Source of the DNA: Calditrichia bacterium | GTDB taxonomy: Bacteria; Calditrichota; Calditrichia; JAJRVZ01 | DNA: 64,000 nucleotides | Direction of reading: 5' to 3' | Assembly: GCA_963796965.1 (NCBI GenBank) | Contig: CAWCNS010000004.1 | Location: 384,001 to 448,000, forward strand | Shown: piece after piece, positions 55,170-63,072 of the stretch | Numbering within the stretch: the stretch's first letter is position 1 | Layout: each line of letters starts with the position of its first letter | The notes under the pieces: generated by a model | Databases searched by the model: none | Told to the model about the DNA's origin: nothing | What the model saw: only the letters and a program-made list of their open reading frames with translations | Position numbers and translations under genes: made by a program

Positions 55170-58100
55170 ATGCGATTTAAATATGGTCAATTACTCACTA
55201 TCTTTTTGGTTTTATATATACCAGGCAATCTGCTCTTCGGAGGAAGCTGGCCGACTTATCAGAATGATACACGAAGAAGCGGTATTTCTCAAGATAACTT
55301 AAAACCACAACTTCATCTGAAATGGAAATATCAGGCTGCGGTAGCACCACAACCGGCCTGGGCAGATCCGGCAAAAACGGATTTCTGGCACCGTGAGGCA
55401 AATATAAAACCACGCGTCATCTACGATAAAGCCTATCATGTTATCGGTGATGCCAATAAAGTATATTTCGGTTCATCAGCTGATAATAAAATTTATTGTC
55501 TGGATGCAAACTCCGGTAAAGAAATCTGGTCCTACTTTACAGGGGGTCCTGTTAGGTTGGCGCCAAGCTATTCAAATGGGTTACTCTTTACGGGATCGGA
55601 TGATGGCTCCGTTTATTGTTTGAATGCTGATACAGGTGAGCTTGTTTGGACTATTAATACGGCCAAAGGAAAGAGATATATTCCCGGAAATGAGAGAATT
55701 ATTTCCATATCACCGATTAGAACCGGGGTGCTTGTTGATGACGGAATTGCTTATTTCTGTTCAGGGATGTTCCCTAATGAAGGTGTGGATCTGTATGCAG
55801 TAAACGCCAGGAACGGTAAGATTATTTGGAAAAAGTCTCACCTCGGGTTATCCCCGCAAGGCTATATGCTTGCATCAGAAAAAAATCTGTACATCCCTAC
55901 GGGTAGAACAACACCGCAATTGTTCTCTCGCAAAGACGGAGAATTTAAAGGCAGCTTTGAAGGTAATGGGGGAACCTATGCTTTATTGGTCAATGATGAA
56001 TTGATCTTTGGTGGAGGTGATGAAGGGGAGTTGAATTATAATACACCAAATACGGATAGTGATGACCAAATTGCATCCTTCCTGGGATTGCAGATGATTA
56101 TAGATAATGAGATTGCTTATCTCAGATCCGATACGGAACTATCTGCCATTAGTCGGAAAAAGTATATTTCAGAATACGAAAATTGGGCTGATGTTGAGGA
56201 AAAAAAGAGTGATTTAGCGGATGATCTATGGGACCTGAGAGAAAAACGAAAATTAGCATCGCCGGATGATATTGAAGATATAGATGAAGATATCTTTGAG
56301 TTAATTGACCGGATTAGCCAATTTGATGATCGAAGGAAAAAGATTGAATCAGGTGGTACAATCTGGAAACAGAAAATAGATGCTTCTTATTCTATGATTC
56401 TTGCCGGAAATTCTGTTGTACTTGGAAGCGACGGCAAAGTCGAAGTATTTAACTCTGAGACAGGAAATAAACTTTCGACACAGAAAGTGGCAGGAATCGT
56501 ATACAGCCTTGCGGTATTTAATGGAAACCTGCTTGCAAGCACCGACCAAGGAAATATTTATTGTTTTAACAATGATCCTGTTTTAAATCCACCATCCCAT
56601 TCTGTACAATTTGTCAATGATCCCTATAAAAATAGACCAGATGGCGCGGTTTACGCTAATGCTATAAACGAAATTCTTAAATATGGAATTAAAGATGGCT
56701 ATTGTCTGGTTGTGGGGAGCGAAGATGGACAATTGGCATACGAACTTGCTTCAAGGACCAATTTAAAAATCATTGGGATTGAAGATGACCCCCTCAAAGT
56801 TGAAAAGTCACGCAGATTATTGGATAAAGCAGGTATCTATGGTGAAAAAGTCAGTATTTTTTCAGGCTCTCTAAGCGATCTTCCATTTAGTAAATATTTT
56901 GCGAACCTGATTGTATCGGATAAAATGTTACGTTCCGGATCTTTATCAACGCCTGCAAATGAAATTTACCGTGTACTTAAACCTTTTGGTGGGGTAGCCT
57001 GTCTTGGCGTTGACGAGGGAAATGAAAAGTACCTGCACAATTGGGTCACTAATGCTAACCTTGCAGATTGGAAAATTAATTCAGATCGTTGGGCCGTTGT
57101 AAAACGAGGTAAAATAGCGGGTGCTGGTGAATGGACGCACTTATACTCTAATCCGGGTAATACCTCTTGTAGTGATGATCCAATAAAAGGTCCTTTGCAA
57201 GTTCAGTGGTTTGGCCGGCCGGGACCACGGGAAATCATTAACCGTCATAGCCGTCCCATGTCAACACTCTTTAAAAACGGGCGACTTTTTATTCCGGGCG
57301 ATAATCGTGTAATTTGTGTTGATGGATACAATGGTACCTTCCTCTGGAAAAGGTTTATTCCGGATTCCAGAGTCCTCGGTGCCTTAAAAGACTGTGGTAC
57401 CATGGCCGTTGCCGACGATTATATGTATGTTGCTGCAGGACAGGTTGCTTTGGGATTAAATGTTGAAAATGGAACGCAGGAATTAGTACTTGAAGCCCCT
57501 CAGCTCAAGGTAGGACAGGATAGTAAATGGGGGTATCTGGCCATTGTTGATGATCAAATATTTGGTTCAGGTAAAAAGCCAACCGCTTCTTTTACTGTCC
57601 TGGGACGTTTTAATTGTGACCAGTTTGAAGAAGATTTTCGGGAAATGGTAATGAGTGATTATCTGTTTTCTCTCGATAGGATTAGTGGAAAAGAATTGTG
57701 GTCTTATAAGGCTGTGGTATTTAATAATACCATTACAATTGGAGATGAGAACATATATTTTGTTGAGAGTAGAAATGAAAAGGCCGTAAACGACATTGAT
57801 GGAAAACTACGCGTCGATTATTTCTGTGAAGGACCTACATTTATTGTAAAGTTAGATAAGCGAACCGGAGAGAAAAAGTGGGAAAAAGAATTCAAATTCC
57901 CTTATGAGCAAATTATGTATCTTGCCTGGTCGAATAATGTGTTATTAGTAACCGGTTCCTATAATAAGGGGAGCTTTGCACAATATGCTTTGTTTGCTTT
58001 TGATGGTGTCACAGGAACAAACCTCTGGAAGGACAGCTATCAGGCTGGTAATAGCAGATGGGATAACCGTAGTAATGACGCGACGATTAATGGTTCGCAT

Positions 58101-58448
58101 GGAGAGCAATGGCAACATCCAGTTATTATTGGGGAGAGAGTGATTTTACCTCCCTATGATTTTAATCTGCAAACAGGGCAAAGAGGGGATCTCTATCTTA
58201 CCAGAGGCGGCGGTGGATGTGGTGGATTGTCGGCTTCAGCATCAAATTTATTTGCCCGTGGATCAAATCCAAAAATTTATGATATTTTCGGGGAACAGAG
58301 CGGTGATCCCATTACCAGGGTTAATCGTCCGGGATGTTGGATAAATATTATTCCAGCCGGAAATATCGTTTCTATTCCTGAAGCAAGCTCCGGATGCACT
58401 TGTAGTTATCCGATTCAGACCTCTTTTGTATTTGTTTCAGCAGATTAG
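55170..58448 (+). CDS. Secreted PQQ-like beta-propeller repeat protein with central SAM-methyltransferase-like domain
   Basis: WPTYQND..RSG and repeated YCLDA.SG.E.W. Central GYCLVVG..GQLA.ELA..IIGIE, LPF..YFANLIV and EIYRVLKP.GG. C-terminal GGCGG, RPGCWIN and SSGCTC. Confidence 0.75.
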   Translation: MRFKYGQLLTIFLVLYIPGNLLFGGSWPTYQNDTRRSGISQDNLKPQLHLKWKYQAAVAPQPAWADPAKTDFWHREANIKPRVIYDKAYHVIGDANKVYFGSSADNKIYCLDANSGKEIWSYFTGGPVRLAPSYSNGLLFTGSDDGSVYCLNADTGELVWTINTAKGKRYIPGNERIISISPIRTGVLVDDGIAYFCSGMFPNEGVDLYAVNARNGKIIWKKSHLGLSPQGYMLASEKNLYIPTGRTTPQLFSRKDGEFKGSFEGNGGTYALLVNDELIFGGGDEGELNYNTPNTDSDDQIASFLGLQMIIDNEIAYLRSDTELSAISRKKYISEYENWADVEEKKSDLADDLWDLREKRKLASPDDIEDIDEDIFELIDRISQFDDRRKKIESGGTIWKQKIDASYSMILAGNSVVLGSDGKVEVFNSETGNKLSTQKVAGIVYSLAVFNGNLLASTDQGNIYCFNNDPVLNPPSHSVQFVNDPYKNRPDGAVYANAINEILKYGIKDGYCLVVGSEDGQLAYELASRTNLKIIGIEDDPLKVEKSRRLLDKAGIYGEKVSIFSGSLSDLPFSKYFANLIVSDKMLRSGSLSTPANEIYRVLKPFGGVACLGVDEGNEKYLHNWVTNANLADWKINSDRWAVVKRGKIAGAGEWTHLYSNPGNTSCSDDPIKGPLQVQWFGRPGPREIINRHSRPMSTLFKNGRLFIPGDNRVICVDGYNGTFLWKRFIPDSRVLGALKDCGTMAVADDYMYVAAGQVALGLNVENGTQELVLEAPQLKVGQDSKWGYLAIVDDQIFGSGKKPTASFTVLGRFNCDQFEEDFREMVMSDYLFSLDRISGKELWSYKAVVFNNTITIGDENIYFVESRNEKAVNDIDGKLRVDYFCEGPTFIVKLDKRTGEKKWEKEFKFPYEQIMYLAWSNNVLLVTGSYNKGSFAQYALFAFDGVTGTNLWKDSYQAGNSRWDNRSNDATINGSHGEQWQHPVIIGERVILPPYDFNLQTGQRGDLYLTRGGGGCGGLSASASNLFARGSNPKIYDIFGEQSGDPITRVNRPGCWINIIPAGNIVSIPEASSGCTCSYPIQTSFVFVSAD

Positions 58449-58469
58449 CTAGAAAATCTATTTAAAAAT

Positions 58470-58798
58470 ATTCACGCAAAGGCGCAAAGCCGCAAAGAAA
58501 TGTTTTTAAATACGTGATGTAAAATATTTATAAATGTCCGGTTAAGATTTAGTTATGTTTTAAATAACAGTGGGAAATCCAATGATTTTATTGATTTCCC
58601 AAAAGGGCAACTTAATCTAAAAACTCACCCTAAATCCCTCTCTTAATAAGAGAGGGACTTTGAGGAGCCCCTTCTCATGAAGAAGAGAAGGGGATTTTGA
58701 ATGAAAGTTTTATTAAAATATTGAATCTTCTTTTAGAGCGGACCCCCATGTTAAAAATTTAAAAATAATTTTTCGCGTCTTTGCGTCTTTGCGTGAAT
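58470..58798. mobile_element. CGCAAAG-periodic TIR bracket enclosing the 85-bp double hairpin (58619-58703)
   Basis: attcacgcaaaggcgcaaagccgcaaagaaa ... tttcgcgtctttgcgtctttgcgtgaat. Confidence 0.85.
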
Positions 58799-58827
58799 TA
58801 AATATTCAATCTTGTTTGTCTGAGAAA

Positions 58828-61314
58828 GTGATTCAAAAATTGTCTTGCTTTAGAATAATGTTTTTGGTCTGCTTGATAATTGTTTGTGGAACAACCAACC
58901 AAATCCTTGCACAAATATATGCCCCACCTGATCCGCTAAGTATGTGGGATACCTGGCTATACCAGGAAAATAATGACTATCATCTATTCTTCCTCCAGAG
59001 TGAACCAGAAATAAACTGGAATACGATTGGGAGGGCCGTTTCCCATGATTTGGTGCATTGGCAGGAACTGCCTTCGATTCCCTCAAAAGGAGAACCTGGT
59101 ACCTGGGATGAAAACCCGACCCTTACTGGGACAACCATAAAAGTGGACTCCGGTTATATTTTGTTTTATGGATCGGATAAGGATGGTCAGAAAATAGGGA
59201 CCATGTTTTCATCTGATTTGCTGCACTGGAAGAAGAATGAGCCGAATCCTTTGTTGGAACCCAGACCGCCTCACTACACCGGTTCCGACTGGCGGGATAT
59301 GTTTCTTTACTACAATTCCTCAGAAGAAATGTGGCATGGATTTGTTTGTGCACAAACACCTGCAACCCTCGCCTCCGGGAAAACATTTATTAGTGCTTGT
59401 ATTGCCCATTTAACTACAAAGAATTTTACTGAATGGAAATATCTCCCCCCTATCTATACTAATTCAGACTTTTCTAATCTGGAAGTACCGGAATATTTTG
59501 AAATGAACGGTTATCATTATCTACTTTTTTCAAATGCCGGAACGGTTCAGAATACTTCAGGAAGAGAAAAAGCCAGAGGAACCTATTATGTGATGAGTGA
59601 AAAGTTTGAAGGTCCCTACTATCTTTCATCGGCACCGCTATTACTGGGATCCGGGATGGAACGGTTTGACGTATATGTGGGCAGAACCATACCATATCAA
59701 AACAAACGACTGTTATATCATCATACGGTTGGTGAAAAAGTAACCTGGGGTACCCCTAAAGTGATTCGGCAAAACAAAGACGGTACTTTATGGCTGGAAT
59801 ATTGGACTGGTATTGACAAACTGGAGAAGGATGTCCTCCCTGAGGATTTTTTTAAAGTAATTTCAAATAATATGACAGGCAATGGGGTTTGGCGAAAACA
59901 AGGAAACAGGATATTTGGAAAAAGTCCGGCACATCAAAATTGTGTCTTATGGTTACCTGTATTGGCCAATGATGCAATGATAACCTGTGATATTAAAGTG
60001 GATCTGGCAGAAAAAGCTGGAATTGTCTGGAAATGGAATAATAATAATGGTGAAGGGTTGTTGATCGATAGAAATAAAGTATCGATCTGTAACCTTAGCG
60101 GTAGAGGAAATACACTATCTTCAGAACTGGTTGATCAATTCCAGGATTTTTATACAAATCCTGACTATCAACATCTTCGAATTCTCCTTCGTGGGCAGCG
60201 GATTGAAGTCTATGTAAATGATCGCTGGGTTTTTGGGACCTTAATGAATCCTATGCGAGGCGGAAAAATCGGTTTATACTTGGAATCCGGTAAAGCGGTT
60301 TATAAGGACATCTGTATTAAAGAGATTGGTTCAATGAAATCCAGCCTTATTAAAGATTTAAAAGCCGAACCAGTTGAAGAAAAAGCGATAATTAAAAAAA
60401 ACATGGTCCTGCTAACCAATCCCTCTATTCAAAGAGATCTATCCGGATGGGTCACAATCACCTGCTCAGATACGAACAACACTATCAATTATTCAATTAA
60501 AGACTCTGATCCAAAAAAGGTTTATTCTTATAAGGAGCCATTCCTGTTACCAGAGAAAACTACGATAACGGCCTGGATCGGTAACAAAGATCCTCAGCCT
60601 GATTTATCGGTTAGTACATCCTTTAATCAACTCCAGGCAGTCATACCCGAGATCTCCCCCTCGCAGGCTTATTTTTATCAAAATACCCTGGTGCGTCTCA
60701 CGACTCCATTGGATGGTGCCCGCATCTATTATACTTTGGATGGAAGTAAACCATCAGATAAGTCACTCCTATACGAAAAGCCGATCAAGGTCGATCGGAA
60801 AACAGTGGTTCGATCGCTTTCCATGAAAGATGGTTTTATTCCTAGTGAGGAAAATATATCAGAATATCAACCTGTAGCCACGGTGTCCGGATTGAAGTAT
60901 TTTTTTTATGATGGGAGCTGGAAGAACACACCGAATTATTTCCAGATTTCTCCGACAGATAGTGGCTACATCTCCCAGATCCGGTTGGACGAGATCGAAT
61001 TCACAGACCGGGAGAACTATGCCTTGCTTTTTCATGGTTATATAAAAATAGAAGAGGAAGGCAGATATACTTTTTTTTCGGCGTCTAATGATGGAAGCCA
61101 ACTCTCAGTTGATAGTTATAAAATTGTGGATAATGATGGGGCGCACGGGTTGAAAGAAAAGTTCGGGGAAATCCATTTAGAGAAGGGTATACATTTGATT
61201 GAAGTGCGTTATTTTCAAATGGGGGGTGCTCAGGAATTACAGGTAAGCTATGAAGGGCCGGGGATAAATAAGAAAGAGATTCCTGCGTCTGCTTTTACTA
61301 ACCCAGAAAAATAA
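58828..61314 (+). CDS. GH32-like five-bladed propeller + beta-sandwich + FN3-associated + PA14 protein
   Basis: WDTW, YHLFFL, AVSHDLVHW, DWRD and LEVP. IYYTLDGS.P. YTFFSASNDGSQL..DNDGAHG..YFQMGG. Start codon uncertain (58828 GTG or 58858 ATG). Confidence 0.75.
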   Translation: MIQKLSCFRIMFLVCLIIVCGTTNQILAQIYAPPDPLSMWDTWLYQENNDYHLFFLQSEPEINWNTIGRAVSHDLVHWQELPSIPSKGEPGTWDENPTLTGTTIKVDSGYILFYGSDKDGQKIGTMFSSDLLHWKKNEPNPLLEPRPPHYTGSDWRDMFLYYNSSEEMWHGFVCAQTPATLASGKTFISACIAHLTTKNFTEWKYLPPIYTNSDFSNLEVPEYFEMNGYHYLLFSNAGTVQNTSGREKARGTYYVMSEKFEGPYYLSSAPLLLGSGMERFDVYVGRTIPYQNKRLLYHHTVGEKVTWGTPKVIRQNKDGTLWLEYWTGIDKLEKDVLPEDFFKVISNNMTGNGVWRKQGNRIFGKSPAHQNCVLWLPVLANDAMITCDIKVDLAEKAGIVWKWNNNNGEGLLIDRNKVSICNLSGRGNTLSSELVDQFQDFYTNPDYQHLRILLRGQRIEVYVNDRWVFGTLMNPMRGGKIGLYLESGKAVYKDICIKEIGSMKSSLIKDLKAEPVEEKAIIKKNMVLLTNPSIQRDLSGWVTITCSDTNNTINYSIKDSDPKKVYSYKEPFLLPEKTTITAWIGNKDPQPDLSVSTSFNQLQAVIPEISPSQAYFYQNTLVRLTTPLDGARIYYTLDGSKPSDKSLLYEKPIKVDRKTVVRSLSMKDGFIPSEENISEYQPVATVSGLKYFFYDGSWKNTPNYFQISPTDSGYISQIRLDEIEFTDRENYALLFHGYIKIEEEGRYTFFSASNDGSQLSVDSYKIVDNDGAHGLKEKFGEIHLEKGIHLIEVRYFQMGGAQELQVSYEGPGINKKEIPASAFTNPEK

Positions 61315-61322
61315 TCACAAAC

Positions 61323-61394
61323 GGAATGTGTTTTTCTATAAGTTAAGTAAATACATCCCCCTAACCCCCTTTCAAAGGGGGAATAGATTTTGCT
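61323..61394. repeat. Left-truncated empty DUF559-TIR element
   Basis: Nearly the same spacer (tctataagtta.gtaaa) and right TIR as 47249-47305. Confidence 0.8.
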
Positions 61395-61421
61395 TGATTG
61401 AACAGATTAGAGAATTTTTAT

Positions 61422-62711
61422 ATGTCTAATAAACAAAGTAAAGGAATTCTTATTCTTCTAAAGTCATTCATAGTAACTATATTACTATTACCACAAATTA
61501 TCTATACGCAGACTACTGCTGAATTGTTAGGCTATGACAATGATGCGAAAGTGCTGATTATTAATGCAGATGATTTTGGTATGTGCCATGCAGAAAATGT
61601 TGCGACAATGGATTTGCTCCTCTATGGCAATATTACTTCAGCCACAATAATGGCCCCCTGTCCCTGGATTGAAGAGGCAGCCTCCTTCTGTAAAGAACAT
61701 CCAGAAAAGGATGTTGGTATTCATTTAACGCTGACATCTGAATGGAGGGATTATAAATGGTCCGGTGTGGCATCATCCAATCTAATCCCTTCGCTATTAA
61801 CCACTGATGGTTTTTTCCCTGCCGGCTCTTACGATGTGGAAATTAATGCAAAAAAAGAAGAAGTCGAGACAGAACTTCGTGCACAGTTGGAACAGGCATT
61901 ATCTTTAGGCATAAGGCCAACCCATATTGACAATCATATGGCAAGTGTTTACGGACTTTCTACGGGACGGGATTTCTTCGACATCGTTTTTGCCTTAAGC
62001 AGGGAGTATAATTTGCCCTTTCGCCTGCCGCGCACTATTTCATACCCCTGGAATCAAATGATCCCCCCGGAAAGGCAGGTTGAACTCCTCGCTTATGCAG
62101 ACAGTATAGTTGCAGAAGGGTTTGTATTGCCAGATTATCTTAAGGTGCTTACCAGCCATGGAAATTCCTATGAGGAGGCATTTTCCGCTTATAGTGAATT
62201 ACTAAAAAATCTTCAACCGGGTGTAACGGAACTCTATATTCATGCGGCAGTTGAATCGGATGAAATAAAAGCAATTACCGATTCTTGGCGCACCCGTGAT
62301 TATGATTATCGGGTTTTCAAATCAGCAGAAATGAAGTCACTTATCGATAGTCTGGGGATTCAGCTCATCGGATGGTCAGATTTACAGATCCTGCAAGAGG
62401 AACAAATAGGTACAAAAATAACATCAGATGAATATGTATCCCAACCGAAAATCTTCAATTTAGAACAAAATTATCCAAATCCGTTTAATCCGCTAACAAT
62501 GATCAATTACCAATTACCAATTACGAGTTTCGTTAACCTTACCGTTTATAATTTATTAGGCCAACAAGTGGCAATCCTGGTTTCAAATATACAAAATGCC
62601 GGTCATCATCAGGTTACCTGGGATGCATCAGGATTTAGAAGCGGTATTTATTACTATAGAATAGAATCAAGTACCTTCCAAGATGTGAAGAAAATGATTT
62701 TAGTGAGATAA
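61422..62711 (+). CDS. YdjC/ChbG family carbohydrate deacetylase with C-terminal T9SS-type-A-like sorting domain
   Basis: LIINADDFG, SATIM, GIHLTL, PTHIDNHM and TELYIH. Tail LEQNYPNPFNP..VYNLLGQ..SGIYYY..KKMILVR. Confidence 0.88.
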   Translation: MSNKQSKGILILLKSFIVTILLLPQIIYTQTTAELLGYDNDAKVLIINADDFGMCHAENVATMDLLLYGNITSATIMAPCPWIEEAASFCKEHPEKDVGIHLTLTSEWRDYKWSGVASSNLIPSLLTTDGFFPAGSYDVEINAKKEEVETELRAQLEQALSLGIRPTHIDNHMASVYGLSTGRDFFDIVFALSREYNLPFRLPRTISYPWNQMIPPERQVELLAYADSIVAEGFVLPDYLKVLTSHGNSYEEAFSAYSELLKNLQPGVTELYIHAAVESDEIKAITDSWRTRDYDYRVFKSAEMKSLIDSLGIQLIGWSDLQILQEEQIGTKITSDEYVSQPKIFNLEQNYPNPFNPLTMINYQLPITSFVNLTVYNLLGQQVAILVSNIQNAGHHQVTWDASGFRSGIYYYRIESSTFQDVKKMILVR

Positions 62712-62758
62712 GAAATATCCGGTAGGTATCAAATAATGCCTAAAAAAAGTAAAAAATT

Positions 62759-62881
62759 GACAGGATAACAGAATTAACAGGATATTATTTCTAATAAAAA
62801 CGAATAATGATATCTGTTTAAAAGGATAGAATATTAACACTTTACCTAAGCATTTAATCTTGTAAATCTTGTTATCATGTC
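62759..62881. repeat. ACAGGAT-periodic TIR bracket with only AT-rich filler
   Basis: gacaggataacagaattaacaggat ... aatcttgtaaatcttgttatcatgtc. Confidence 0.75.
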
Positions 62882-62909
62882 TAAAAATAATATTTCACAG
62901 TATCAAAGG

Positions 62910-63042
62910 ATGCCCATAACTGGAAATCAACCAGTTTATTGATTCAATTGAAGGAAGAGCAGGCGCAGCCTTGAATGTCTCTATTGAGAGCCCAAATATG
63001 GAAAAACAGCAGATACCGGCAGAAATGTACGGGTCTGAATGA
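62910..63042 (+). pseudogene. Orphan C-terminal fragment of a PA14 domain
   Basis: Reads TGNQPV then, after a shift, IDSIEGRAGAALNVSIESPNMEKQQIPAEMYGSE*. Compare AGRHPF..YFQSGGGIGLEVLYEGPGIEKQTIP at ~15420-15520. Confidence 0.65.
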
Positions 63043-63072
63043 TTTAGAATTAACTTCACCAATGGAAACCTT

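Noticed and set aside
1406..62881. CRISPR array
   Set aside because: The repeats are dispersed, inverted and nested. There is no run of direct repeats with unique equal-length spacers and no cas gene.
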